Positions 38,828 through 49,090 of a stretch of 64,000 nucleotides of DNA are shown here, in pieces. Both the position numbers and the translations under genes were made by a program. The stretch lies in IMG/VR virus record IMGVR_UViG_3300045257_000193, positions 357-64,356 of that record; one strand, 5' to 3'. Origin of the DNA: a virus. Its lineage: Duplodnaviria; Caudoviricetes. Positions within the stretch are counted from its first letter, which is position 1. The number at the start of each line of letters is the position of its first letter. The notes beneath the pieces are model-generated. The model had not been told where the DNA came from. It did no database searches and was given only the letters and a program-made list of their open reading frames with translations.

Positions 38828-39556
38828 ATGGCTATACCATTAGCACTTATAGGAATGGCAGCGGATGCTGGGATGAAGGCTCAAACTGCATATAGTCAAG
38901 ATAGGCAGCGCAAGCAACTTCAGGCTGCAGCGAAAGTCAGGCCAATTTTAGGTATTCCAACTGCTTTGCAGGAGAAGGCTAATTTGGCTAAGAATATGGC
39001 TAATAGTTCCCTTTTGCCAGCACAGGGATACTATGAAAATCAATTAGGCGCCAGTACATCCAGAGCAAACAGGGAAATACAAAATACTGGCGGGTCGGCC
39101 AGCGACGTTATAGCTGGATTGACTCAGGTTGACGCAAATAACAGAAATCAACTATCAGCCTTAGCAGCTGCAGGAGCAGAAAATCAGCAACAAAATAAAG
39201 CTAGTTACGGGAATACTTTATCAGAAGTAGCCGGACAGCAGAATGAAATGTTTGATTATAATCAAAACCAACCATATCAAAGCCAACAGTTAAAGATACA
39301 ATCACTGAGAGATTCTTCTAATAGAAATCTTAACAACGCAATAAGTTCAGGTATTGATCTTGCATCTAATTATGATACAGGAAAACAAATGGACGATGTG
39401 TACGGTACTAATTACTATGGTGGGAATAGACAAGTAGGAGCAAGAGCGCCACGCAGTAGCAGGTCTGCTTCAGGAGCACCTTCGGCCCCGAATGCGCCAC
39501 AACAATATAGCCCAATGTTTAATAATACTAACTTAGGGATGGCCCCAATACAATAA
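38828..39556 (+). CDS. Putative ejected/cargo virion protein 1
   Basis: MAIPLALIGMAA hydrophobic start; Gln/Ala/Asn-rich, typical of podovirus pilot proteins. Confidence 0.65.
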   Translation: MAIPLALIGMAADAGMKAQTAYSQDRQRKQLQAAAKVRPILGIPTALQEKANLAKNMANSSLLPAQGYYENQLGASTSRANREIQNTGGSASDVIAGLTQVDANNRNQLSALAAAGAENQQQNKASYGNTLSEVAGQQNEMFDYNQNQPYQSQQLKIQSLRDSSNRNLNNAISSGIDLASNYDTGKQMDDVYGTNYYGGNRQVGARAPRSSRSASGAPSAPNAPQQYSPMFNNTNLGMAPIQ

Positions 39557-39566
39557 TAATTTATAG

Positions 39567-41366
39567 ATGGCAGCACCAGATTTAACTTCTCAGAAATTAT
39601 TAGCTACTAATCCAGACCAAGGTTTTGGAGATTCAGTTGTATTGCCATACCGTCCGCGAGGTTTTGATTATACCCCATATCAATTTATGGGCGCTAATGA
39701 AGATCGTGCAGCAAAAGAAAGGGCAGCCAAGGCTGATAGGGACCTTAAAATGTTAGCTGATTTTGGTAAAATTAGTAATGATACAAAGGGCAATCCAGAG
39801 TTGCAGTACAAACAAGGAGAATATAAAAAGTATTTTGCTGGTAAATTAGATAGGGGGGAGAATATACCAAAAGAGGAATTGGCTGCAGCACAAGCGGATT
39901 TAGATTTACATTCTGCAATAAGTAAGGATGAAAAGAATAAGTATGATAATGAAATATCTACTGTTATTCCGGCTTATGCACAAACATATGGAGATGCATA
40001 TAATAAAGGATTAGCAGCACATGCTGCAGCAAAAGGCGAAGGTGGATATTGGACTACTCCGCAAGGTGGTTTTAGGGCGCAATCTGACCCAACAGAAGCT
40101 ACACACCTTTATGATGCTGAAACAGCAGTAAAAGATTTTGCTGGAAATTTTAAGATGTCTTCTCAAACAAATGAGAACTCTTGGGAAAATCCAGAAAAGG
40201 CCGGTTCTAAAAAAACAACAGCAGGAGCATTATTCATGGTTTCGGATCCAAAAAATCCGGGACAAATGAAGATAGGTGTTGGGCAACAACATGTAGATGC
40301 TTTGTTATCAGAAAAAAACGGTGTTCTTCAAAAAAAAATAGATAAAGAAATGGTTTTCCCTCAATTCCAAAAGGATGCTGAGGAAATAGCGAGACTATCA
40401 AAAACAGATAAAAATTACGCTAAGTATGCATTGATGACTCCTGAACAAATAGCTCAAGATTTAATTACCAATGGCAACCCTTTACGCAAAGGTCAGGGCG
40501 GGACAAGTTTAAATGCTGCAGGATATCGTAACCAAATAGCAAAAGAAATGCTTGAGGTGCATAATCAGAAAACGCAAGGTTTAGTTGAAAGCAATGAAGA
40601 AAAGTCAGCCGTAGATAGTTCTACAGGGGGTAATGCATCGACAAACGTTATTGCAACTCCAGGTGAATATTCCCATACAACAACAACAGCTGCTCCAACA
40701 TATTACACCGACCCAGTTACAGGAAAAGTAACAAGAACAACATATAAAATAAATCCAGGGCCAGTTCCGGGCGTCTATTTCTCAGTTAAAAAGGGAGAAA
40801 ATGGGCCAGCAACTCCAGGTTTACCACCATTAACAACGAACGTTAAAAATCTACGTAATTTAACAACCGGTCAGATACTTCAAAAAACAACAACAGATCC
40901 TACATTCCAAATAACGCATGCTGGTTTTGGGCTTATTGATCCACAAGGGAAAAAAATAGGCGGACCTATAGATGTTACAACTGCTCGGTTAAATGAGTTA
41001 GCCAATAAATGGAAAGAGTATTATGCTAATGGAATGAAAGGTACTAAGCCAGATAGTTTTGGTAATTATACCGGACAGGATATAGCAACTGGATTTGTTA
41101 ATGAAAAAGTAAATGTTGAAAATGATGAAGCCGCCAAAAAGAAAGCTGAAGAAACTGGTGGAGAATACTTATATTCAGAGGATGAATCTGGTAAAAAGAT
41201 AGCAACAATAAGATATGCGGTTCAGACACCATTTAGCCAACAAGATGCAATAGGTAGTCACGTAAGGGCTAATACTAACTATTACAATAGGACTAAATTG
41301 TCTCCAGAAGAACAAGCGTTAAGAGATGCTTGGGATAAATACGATAAAGCATTACACGGATATTAA
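39567..41366 (+). CDS. Putative ejected/cargo virion protein 2
   Basis: 599 aa, Cys-free, between the other cargo genes. Confidence 0.6.
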   Translation: MAAPDLTSQKLLATNPDQGFGDSVVLPYRPRGFDYTPYQFMGANEDRAAKERAAKADRDLKMLADFGKISNDTKGNPELQYKQGEYKKYFAGKLDRGENIPKEELAAAQADLDLHSAISKDEKNKYDNEISTVIPAYAQTYGDAYNKGLAAHAAAKGEGGYWTTPQGGFRAQSDPTEATHLYDAETAVKDFAGNFKMSSQTNENSWENPEKAGSKKTTAGALFMVSDPKNPGQMKIGVGQQHVDALLSEKNGVLQKKIDKEMVFPQFQKDAEEIARLSKTDKNYAKYALMTPEQIAQDLITNGNPLRKGQGGTSLNAAGYRNQIAKEMLEVHNQKTQGLVESNEEKSAVDSSTGGNASTNVIATPGEYSHTTTTAAPTYYTDPVTGKVTRTTYKINPGPVPGVYFSVKKGENGPATPGLPPLTTNVKNLRNLTTGQILQKTTTDPTFQITHAGFGLIDPQGKKIGGPIDVTTARLNELANKWKEYYANGMKGTKPDSFGNYTGQDIATGFVNEKVNVENDEAAKKKAEETGGEYLYSEDESGKKIATIRYAVQTPFSQQDAIGSHVRANTNYYNRTKLSPEEQALRDAWDKYDKALHGY

Positions 41367-41375
41367 TAAATAAAC

Positions 41376-44300
41376 ATGCCAGAAGCAGTAATACAAAGAG
41401 CGGATCAATATCTAGCAGACAAATTTAATAACGGTGTTTTAACACCTGATAAATCAGCCGCATTAGTTGCGAATCCTGAGGTATATAATAATGCATTGGC
41501 TAAAATGTATACCGATAAATATTCAGGATCATTTGAAGATTTTGACAAGTTTAAATCCGCATATCAATCCCAATACGGTGATCCTTTTAAAAAAAAAGAA
41601 CCATCGGCACCCTCTTCAACAGAAAAAAAGGTACAGAGCTTCGATACAAAGCAGAGAATACAGCAACCATTGACGACAGCTCTTCAGGAGGCAGCTACGC
41701 CAACACAAGAAACGTCTTTAGAGAATTATGTAACGCCATCCGACGGGGCACAATTAGCTACATTCCAAACTGGTGGAGAAAGAAAACAGATTCCTGTAGC
41801 CGATGCATTACAACCATTAAGCACGCAATCAAAGCAGCAAGAAGCGGATGCACTGCGTTCCGAACAGTATTCAAAAGGGCTTTTGCAGAATACCAATCAG
41901 GCACCTACGACAGCAATACCGAAGACTGATTTTTCTGTCGCATCAGAATCAACAGTCCCACAAATAAATAAGCCATTAACATTTGATGAAGCCAAGAATT
42001 TATCTTTTGGCAATGTACCGACTGTTATGGATGAAGCTTTAGGTTCGGCAAACGAATTTCTTGCCCCCTTAAACAAGGCTGTATATGATGCAATACCTCA
42101 AGCAGTACTTACATTAAATAATATTGCTGGATATGGAGCAGAAAAGTTCACAGGAACGCCATCACCATATACTTTTGAGGAATATAATAAAGCCTACGAC
42201 AATTCGTCTCCTATGGGGAAGGCCGCAATGTGGCTAACCGGAATCAAAGAAGCTACAATGTGGCATGATTTTAATGAAGAAAATATGTCCGCTTCTCCTG
42301 AATTTGAGCAAAGTATTTTAGGTGGGGTTAGTTCTGGATTAGGCCAAGGAATTACTATGATCGCCGGGACTGGCGCCGTAAATATGCTTAGTAAAGGTAA
42401 GCAATTATTGGATGCAGCAAAATATGCCAATGCATTATCAAAATCAGGATCAATTATAGGCGCAGGTGCTCAGGCGGCTAAAACGATTGCTACACAACCA
42501 GCAACATACGTTGCCGCATCACAAGTATTCAATTCTGAATTTCAAGATGCTTATAATCAAACAGGTAATGCCGATGCTGCTTTTAAGTCCGCAGTAATAA
42601 ATACTGTTGGGTCAGCTGGTCTTGAAGCTATGCCTATTATGTCATTTATGGGTAGGCTAGATAAAGTAACTGGGGGAGGATTAAAACAAACATTAATAAA
42701 CGGATTTAAGGGTGGTCTTGAAGAAGCAACAACTGAGGTTTTGCAGCAAGCGTTATCAAATATGGTAGCATCCAATTTGTATGATGACACCAGAAATATT
42801 ACTGATGGCATGGTTCAATCAGGCGAAGTTGGAGGGTTGACCGGATTTGCATTGAATATTATAGGCGCATCCCTTGGAGCTAAACTAAGAGCAACAACGG
42901 ACCCATATGAGGCTCAGGAAATAAAGAAGACTCAAGAATATGTTCAAGCAAAAAAGGATTTATTTGATAAAGAGCAAGAACAGATAGTCGCAAATATGGA
43001 AAATCAGATAATATCAATGAATACTACTGAAATGCAAAAACAACTAAATGTAGAGAATATAACACCTAAAGAATTTTCCAATGTAATGCAGGTTATGCAA
43101 ACTATGCCTAACTCAGAAGCAATTACGCCTAAAACTGTAGGGGTTACAAATAAGATCAATGGCTTATTAGTTGAAAAACAAGATATATATTCTAACGTAT
43201 TAAGCGTTGAGCAACAAGAGGTAGCAGATAAAAGAGCTGAAAAAATAGATACAGAAATAAGAGATCTTACAAATACTATTGGTGAGATATATGCTAACCC
43301 ATCCAAAAAACAAATAGAAGAAAATGATAATAAAATTGGGCAACAAGTTCCAGGTGAAGAGCGAATCGGGCAAGAATCTGAGCAAGCCAAACCTATCGAA
43401 ACAACAAGCGGAACGGAGACTGAAACAAGTCGAGATATTCAAGCACATGAAGAAGTAGCTCCTAATCAGGAAGAGGATTTGACCGACCCTGAAGTAATTG
43501 CTACTAAATATCATGAAGAACGAACAAATCCGGTACATATTACCCCAGCAGAACGCGCTATTGCAGACTTGTTAAGATCGGGTGTATCCAAAGAAGGAGT
43601 TAGAAGACAAGGTGATGTTAATAAATTTAATAACTCCATGGCGCGCGCTTATTTTAAAGAAGGTGCAAATACTATTGATCAGGTAGCACAGCAAGCAAGC
43701 AGCACTATCAATCCGGAAGGTGATGGAAATGAAGTTACCCCGGAAGATGTGTGGGATTTTATGAATAAATACCCACAAGGTCCCGACCAAATTGATAGAC
43801 CAGCGGGAAATCCAAGATTAAGGGAATTATCCGATAAATACGAAGAGGTAACAGGCAAGCAGTTAAATAAAACAATAGCTAAAAAAATAGCTGAGGCGAA
43901 ATCAACACCACCTCAAAATATTAAAGAAGATCCTAACTCAGTAATTGATAAATATACGGATGAGAATGGGGATGTAAAGTTAGATGAACTTGAAAAAGAT
44001 ATATCGGCATTACCGTTCCTATATGATTTAACACCAGAAGAAACTAAAATAGTAGAAAATTATGTCAAAGAGAGCAGAAAAGCTGACCGAACTAGTAGCG
44101 AAAGCACTAGCGCAATACCGGTTGAACAACCCGAAAGAAAAACAACCATTGCCGACAAATCAGAAACCATCCGCGAAATAAAGGATAAGAAGCTAACCCA
44201 TGTAAAGGGAGTGGCAATGGGCAGCGGAGTTGCAAAAGGTACCTATTTAAGCACCGAGAAAGGCAATAGATACCAAGGCCGTGGTAAAAAGTTCAATGCT

Positions 44301-47300
44301 GATGTAAATATTAAAAATCCATATACTACATCAGAGAATAATCTGAATAAAGAGCGTGGGGATGTGCTCAAAAGCAATATCAATCAATTCTCCGAAACAG
44401 ATTTTGAAGGCGCAGAAATACCTCCCAATCCAATAATAGATGACTTGAGTAACTCCGGCACTGAAAAACTAGCGGACTTATTCACAAAGAACTTACAGGA
44501 TCAAGGATATGATTCTATGTACTTCCCGGAAAGTAAAACCCAGGAAGGCGAACTTGTCGTATTTGACAAAGGTAAAGTAACATTAACAGAAGATCCCGAA
44601 ATTACGGATGCTATGAAGATGTCGCGTGAGGCATATGATCAGAAATATCCAGAAGGTAATTATGATGAAGCACGCGCTGAATATACAAAAGATACAGAAA
44701 ATCTACAGGAGGCTAATAAAAAAGGAGAAACTTTAGAAGGAGTTATCCTAATGGAGAAAGGCTTTTTGAAAGCAGTTCCAATGGACACACGTTTCAAAAA
44801 AGGTACAGACAAGTTAAAGCAAGCATGGATCAAGGCAACAAGAGTTGGCGGCGCTATTCCATTTGATCTCGTTTTCAACTATTCCTATATACGAAAAAAT
44901 ACTATCGCTCAAAAGATTGAAGAAGTTGAGCATACAATGAAACAGGTAGAAAAATCTATTACTAAACACCTTGGGGGTAAAAGCAAAGTTACAAAAGAAC
45001 AATTAGTAGCTATCGACCATGTATTACACGGGGAGACGCCTTCTATAATTCTTCCTTCTGAAGTATTAGCTGAAGTTTCAACATTAAGAAGTGTTATTGA
45101 TGGATTATCACTTGAAATGAAAAACTCTGGGATGCTTTCAGATTCAATGCAAGCAGTTATTGATCAGAATATGGGTACATACCTGAATCGTTCATATAAG
45201 AAGTGGAATGATCCAGTATGGAAAGAGAATGTTCCGGAAGAAACGATGAATAAAGCTGTTGCTTATCTTAAAAATGAGTACATCAAATTTTATACTGCCA
45301 AATATCAAAAGTCTCAGGAGGCGTTTAAAAATAAGGATAAGCGCATTCGTGATTTCAGAACTACTATTGCAAACAAGCAATCTAAAGTTGATGAAAATAA
45401 TGCCAAATTAGCTGAATATAAATCCAAACATGATGCATATATAGCTAAGATCGACAATAAGATAAAGTCATTAAAGAAACGCCCAAATAAAGAGCAAGTA
45501 GGCCCTGATTTATCTGGCAAAACCAAGCAGACAAAACACGAAGGTAAAATAGCGTATCTTGAAGCAGTTAAAGCTGATTCTATTAAAGACTTCAATTCTA
45601 TATACGATACTAAAAAATCTCAATTTGATAAGCAGAATGCAAAAATAGAGGCCGCCATAGCTAAAGCTGAGAATGCAGCATATAATATGCAGCAGAAAAA
45701 CTATCCGGAAGTAATGAAGGAAAGTTTGGATAAGTTTACAAGCCCTGACGATGGGGAAATAAGCGCACTTATCAATCAAATCCTTTATGCGCCAACGGAT
45801 AATATCAACCCAAGTGGTAAAGCCGGAGCAATATCAGGATCATTCTTAAAGCAGCGTAGTGAAAGATTAAATCAAAGTCCAGAGATAAGAGAATTAATGG
45901 GTGAATATCAAGACCCATATATTAACTTCTTGTCTACGGCAAATAAAATGATTACTTCTATTCAGAACTATACTTTCCAGAAGCAATTAAAGGCTCAAGG
46001 AATGGGTACTATATTCTCTGATAAACCAACAGGTGATTTCCACCGACAAATTGAAGGGGATGCATGGAAAGGATTAATAGAAGATGGTGATGTATACACT
46101 ACAGAAACATTTGAAGCGGCATTAAAAGAACTAAACGGAATGATTCAGCAGGATATGAGTCCTGGAATGAAAACATTTAGGGCTATCGTATCCTTAGTTA
46201 AAGTAGGCAAGACTGCAGCGTCTGCTCCAGGAGCCGTAGCCAATTATATTTCTAACGTATCAAATATTGTTAGTAATGCATGGAATCCTACGTATGCAGC
46301 AAAAAAATGGGTTCAGTTAAGTAGACCACAATTAGTAGAAGAGATAAAAGATCTAAAAAAACTAGGTATTTTAGGGCAAAGTGTTTCTGGTAGAGAGTTA
46401 GCTGATCGTATTAAAGATACAGCTGGATATGTGCCTTTTGAAACTTATTTAGAATCGGTACCCGGATTAGACATTTTCTCAAAAGGAATAAAAGGTATAG
46501 TTTCTGGCAGTAAAAAGATATTTGAGGTTGGTGATGAATACGCCCGCGTTATTGGATTCTATGCAGAGGTTGAAAGATATCGTACAGTTCATACAGATTG
46601 GACCGAAACTCAATTACGTGATAATGCAGCTAAGATTGTATCCAATAATTCGCCAACATACGATCTGGCCTATCCATGGGTTAAAAACTTCAGAAATTCT
46701 CCTTGGTTCTCAACATTTGCGACATTCCCTGCAGAGATTTATAGGACAACCACAAATCAAGCATATCAAATTAAGAAAGACCTATCCAAGTCTGAAACAA
46801 GGGCTATCGGCGTAACGAGATTAGCCGGAATATTAACTTCAATGGGTTTTGGAGCTTATCAGATTATGCAAATGGCAACCACCATGATTAGCGGGGATGA
46901 TGAAGATGAAAGGGATTTAAGATTATTTGTTCCTGAGTATTCAAAATTTAATCCATTGCTATTATATAGAAAAGATGGTGACGAATACACATATACTGAT
47001 GCCGGCAGATTTACATACTATAACAATTTCATATCTCCAATTATAGCTTTCTCAAATGGAGATATAGAAAAAGAGGAATTTGATTCAAGAATATATAATT
47101 CCATTGGACAGATGTTACAGCCATTTACTGATATAAATATTGTCACAGAAGCGGGTGCTGATATTGCATTTGGATATAAGTCTGGTACCGATGAAAAAAT
47201 ATATAGCGAAAATGATTCAAATACAGAAAAACTACGTAAAATATCTGAGCATATCGGGAATAAACTGGAACCAACAAATGTTAAGGTGGGCCGCAGCTTT

Positions 47301-47744
47301 TATGATTTAGCAGTATACGGTAAGACAAAACACGGGTCAGAAGTAACGCTAGAAACTGCTGCATTAAGCGCATTTGGGGTTAAATCAAGAGTCCTAAATG
47401 TTACAAAGCAATTTACATATCAATTTTATACTCAAAAAGAGCAAGGTGATTCGGATAAAAATGCATTTGAGAGATCATATAAAAATGCCAGATCTGAAGA
47501 AGAAAAATCTAAAGCAATTGAAATTTACAAGACGCAAGTTGTAAATCAAATAAATAAAATGTCTTATCTTTATCATGCAGCTTTAAGACAAGGGGCAAAC
47601 TTAGCAGAAATTAATAAGCATACTGCTAAAATGCCTCAATTAATTAAAGTTGGCATTAGAACAAATAGTGGATTATACGATCCTAATAAGGCAGCAGATA
47701 TTTTAATAAAAATGTACATTAAAGATTTAACCAATAAAAAATAA
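41376..47744 (+). CDS. Large polyvalent ejected protein with ART-like domain
   Basis: 2122 aa; Gly/Ala-rich membrane-inserting segment (EEATTEVLQQ); H..GTYLS..GYDSMYF..ELVVFD ART-like region; YLNRSY and FATFPAEIYRT large-polyvalent-protein motifs. Confidence 0.7.
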   Translation: MPEAVIQRADQYLADKFNNGVLTPDKSAALVANPEVYNNALAKMYTDKYSGSFEDFDKFKSAYQSQYGDPFKKKEPSAPSSTEKKVQSFDTKQRIQQPLTTALQEAATPTQETSLENYVTPSDGAQLATFQTGGERKQIPVADALQPLSTQSKQQEADALRSEQYSKGLLQNTNQAPTTAIPKTDFSVASESTVPQINKPLTFDEAKNLSFGNVPTVMDEALGSANEFLAPLNKAVYDAIPQAVLTLNNIAGYGAEKFTGTPSPYTFEEYNKAYDNSSPMGKAAMWLTGIKEATMWHDFNEENMSASPEFEQSILGGVSSGLGQGITMIAGTGAVNMLSKGKQLLDAAKYANALSKSGSIIGAGAQAAKTIATQPATYVAASQVFNSEFQDAYNQTGNADAAFKSAVINTVGSAGLEAMPIMSFMGRLDKVTGGGLKQTLINGFKGGLEEATTEVLQQALSNMVASNLYDDTRNITDGMVQSGEVGGLTGFALNIIGASLGAKLRATTDPYEAQEIKKTQEYVQAKKDLFDKEQEQIVANMENQIISMNTTEMQKQLNVENITPKEFSNVMQVMQTMPNSEAITPKTVGVTNKINGLLVEKQDIYSNVLSVEQQEVADKRAEKIDTEIRDLTNTIGEIYANPSKKQIEENDNKIGQQVPGEERIGQESEQAKPIETTSGTETETSRDIQAHEEVAPNQEEDLTDPEVIATKYHEERTNPVHITPAERAIADLLRSGVSKEGVRRQGDVNKFNNSMARAYFKEGANTIDQVAQQASSTINPEGDGNEVTPEDVWDFMNKYPQGPDQIDRPAGNPRLRELSDKYEEVTGKQLNKTIAKKIAEAKSTPPQNIKEDPNSVIDKYTDENGDVKLDELEKDISALPFLYDLTPEETKIVENYVKESRKADRTSSESTSAIPVEQPERKTTIADKSETIREIKDKKLTHVKGVAMGSGVAKGTYLSTEKGNRYQGRGKKFNADVNIKNPYTTSENNLNKERGDVLKSNINQFSETDFEGAEIPPNPIIDDLSNSGTEKLADLFTKNLQDQGYDSMYFPESKTQEGELVVFDKGKVTLTEDPEITDAMKMSREAYDQKYPEGNYDEARAEYTKDTENLQEANKKGETLEGVILMEKGFLKAVPMDTRFKKGTDKLKQAWIKATRVGGAIPFDLVFNYSYIRKNTIAQKIEEVEHTMKQVEKSITKHLGGKSKVTKEQLVAIDHVLHGETPSIILPSEVLAEVSTLRSVIDGLSLEMKNSGMLSDSMQAVIDQNMGTYLNRSYKKWNDPVWKENVPEETMNKAVAYLKNEYIKFYTAKYQKSQEAFKNKDKRIRDFRTTIANKQSKVDENNAKLAEYKSKHDAYIAKIDNKIKSLKKRPNKEQVGPDLSGKTKQTKHEGKIAYLEAVKADSIKDFNSIYDTKKSQFDKQNAKIEAAIAKAENAAYNMQQKNYPEVMKESLDKFTSPDDGEISALINQILYAPTDNINPSGKAGAISGSFLKQRSERLNQSPEIRELMGEYQDPYINFLSTANKMITSIQNYTFQKQLKAQGMGTIFSDKPTGDFHRQIEGDAWKGLIEDGDVYTTETFEAALKELNGMIQQDMSPGMKTFRAIVSLVKVGKTAASAPGAVANYISNVSNIVSNAWNPTYAAKKWVQLSRPQLVEEIKDLKKLGILGQSVSGRELADRIKDTAGYVPFETYLESVPGLDIFSKGIKGIVSGSKKIFEVGDEYARVIGFYAEVERYRTVHTDWTETQLRDNAAKIVSNNSPTYDLAYPWVKNFRNSPWFSTFATFPAEIYRTTTNQAYQIKKDLSKSETRAIGVTRLAGILTSMGFGAYQIMQMATTMISGDDEDERDLRLFVPEYSKFNPLLLYRKDGDEYTYTDAGRFTYYNNFISPIIAFSNGDIEKEEFDSRIYNSIGQMLQPFTDINIVTEAGADIAFGYKSGTDEKIYSENDSNTEKLRKISEHIGNKLEPTNVKVGRSFYDLAVYGKTKHGSEVTLETAALSAFGVKSRVLNVTKQFTYQFYTQKEQGDSDKNAFERSYKNARSEEEKSKAIEIYKTQVVNQINKMSYLYHAALRQGANLAEINKHTAKMPQLIKVGIRTNSGLYDPNKAADILIKMYIKDLTNKK

Positions 47745-47748
47745 GACT

Positions 47749-47898
47749 ATGAAAATCACAATGGGTCCCGGCAAGGGTAAAAAAACAGAAGTAACTAAAA
47801 GAACATTCGATAGCCCAAGCGGCCGCGAGTCAGACAATGTTACAATGGTGAAAACTAAAACCTCTGTTCCAGGAGTAAAAAAATGGAAAAGACTATAA
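47749..47898 (+). CDS. Small basic protein (49 aa)
   Basis: MKITMGPGKGKKTEVTKRTFDSPSGRES...KKWKRL; not in the ORF track. Confidence 0.55.
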   Translation: MKITMGPGKGKKTEVTKRTFDSPSGRESDNVTMVKTKTSVPGVKKWKRL

Positions 47899-47899
47899 T

Positions 47900-48175
47900 A
47901 TGCTAGTTCCAACCAAACCTACAGCAGAACAGCGCAAGGCCATAAAAGCAAAGTATAAGGCCAAATTAGAAGAAGCGCGCGAAAAGGAAAAAGCTAGATC
48001 AGCACGATTCAAAGATGATGAAGGTGCCGAGAAAGCTGTCAAACAAATGACAACGAAACAAGGTTATGATCCAAATCCATTAGCACCACGTGGTGGAGGG
48101 CAAACTGAAATGGCACCACAGCCAGGTAAGTCAAGACCGAAGTTCAGAGCATCAACTATATTTGGAGGAAATTAA
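47900..48175 (+). CDS. Small basic protein
   Basis: Lys/Arg/Ala-rich, 91 aa. Confidence 0.55.
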   Translation: MLVPTKPTAEQRKAIKAKYKAKLEEAREKEKARSARFKDDEGAEKAVKQMTTKQGYDPNPLAPRGGGQTEMAPQPGKSRPKFRASTIFGGN

Positions 48176-48501
48176 TACCGGTACCACCAAAGCCTAGTAC
48201 CTTGCCAATCGGTGAAGACTATAATGAAATTATCATTAGCCATAGGAATGTTTATGTCATAAATCCCGTCTTGGGAAATGGTATAAACTTCCTTATTTTG
48301 CCCATTCCTAACCTCTACCTTTACAATATTCTTTAGATTAAGCACCAATGTAAATTGTCCATCTTCATATGCGGAAACGCCGTAAAAGCAACTTGATCTT
48401 GTAAATCCATTTTTAGTAAAATTATGCGATTCCAGTTCAATGTTGATTTGAGCGAAGGATAGTATCGGCACAAGGAGTAATAGTATAAGTAGTTTTTTCA
48501 T
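48172..48501 (-). CDS. Secreted protein
   Basis: Signal peptide MKKLLILLLLVPILSFA|Q (Gln at +1 is typical of Bacteroidota). Confidence 0.6.
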   Translation of the reverse strand: MKKLLILLLLVPILSFAQINIELESHNFTKNGFTRSSCFYGVSAYEDGQFTLVLNLKNIVKVEVRNGQNKEVYTISQDGIYDINIPMANDNFIIVFTDWQGTRLWWYRY

Positions 48502-48505
48502 AATA

Positions 48506-49090
48506 TCACTTTTTGTTAGTATTAATATCAATAATTTTATATTTCCAGATAAATAATCTACTTAAAGGACCTCTCCCGTTAATGGCGCGTATTATTTGAA
48601 TACCTTTAATGTTATTTTCTCTTGCAGCGCTTGTTATGCTTCTATATTCACAAATTAAATTACCATCTAAACTTAATTTTAATATTGGCTTTCTTGAGTA
48701 AAATCCTTTTTGCCTATTTAATGGATTTTGTTGTTTTCTTTTTATGCCTAATACATCTCTTGCGTGAATTGCATTTTCTTTTACATTAACCCATTCTAAA
48801 TTTTCAACTCTGTTATCGGTCTTTATACCGTTAATATGATTAACGCATGGCTTATTATCCGGGTTTGGAATAAAGGTCTCTGCAACTATTCTGTGGATCC
48901 TGACAGTTTTTGATGTGCCATTTAATGAAAGGGAAATATTGCAATATTGAGCCCTTGATAAATCCTTACCGATGCCAGGTGTGATCTTTTTTATCTTGCC
49001 GAACTTATATGTGTAAACATCTCCATCTGGCGTTATGGAGTAATGGTTTTCATACCCTTTTATCCAAGTTGGTATTGGTTTACTTTCCAT
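48506..49090 (-). CDS. NUMOD4-HNH-NUMOD1 homing endonuclease
   Basis: IKGYENHYSITPDGDV; IHRIVAETF; [19 protein letters not shown]; YRSITSAAR. Confidence 0.9.
   Translation of the reverse strand: MESKPIPTWIKGYENHYSITPDGDVYTYKFGKIKKITPGIGKDLSRAQYCNISLSLNGTSKTVRIHRIVAETFIPNPDNKPCVNHINGIKTDNRVENLEWVNVKENAIHARDVLGIKRKQQNPLNRQKGFYSRKPILKLSLDGNLICEYRSITSAARENNIKGIQIIRAINGRGPLSRLFIWKYKIIDINTNKK
48791..48875. repeat. 85-bp perfect direct repeat of 21652-21736
   Basis: Identical sequence CCATTCTAAA...GGAATAAAG in two HNH genes. Confidence 0.9.

Noticed and set aside
41467-46815. Numerous 60-130 aa antisense or out-of-frame ORFs within large genes (also elsewhere in the window)
   Set aside because: Fully overlapped by well-supported genes; composition typical of reverse-frame shadows
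41376-47744. Virion RNA polymerase
   Set aside because: No DFDxD/DxDGD catalytic motif found; motifs fit a polyvalent ejection protein better
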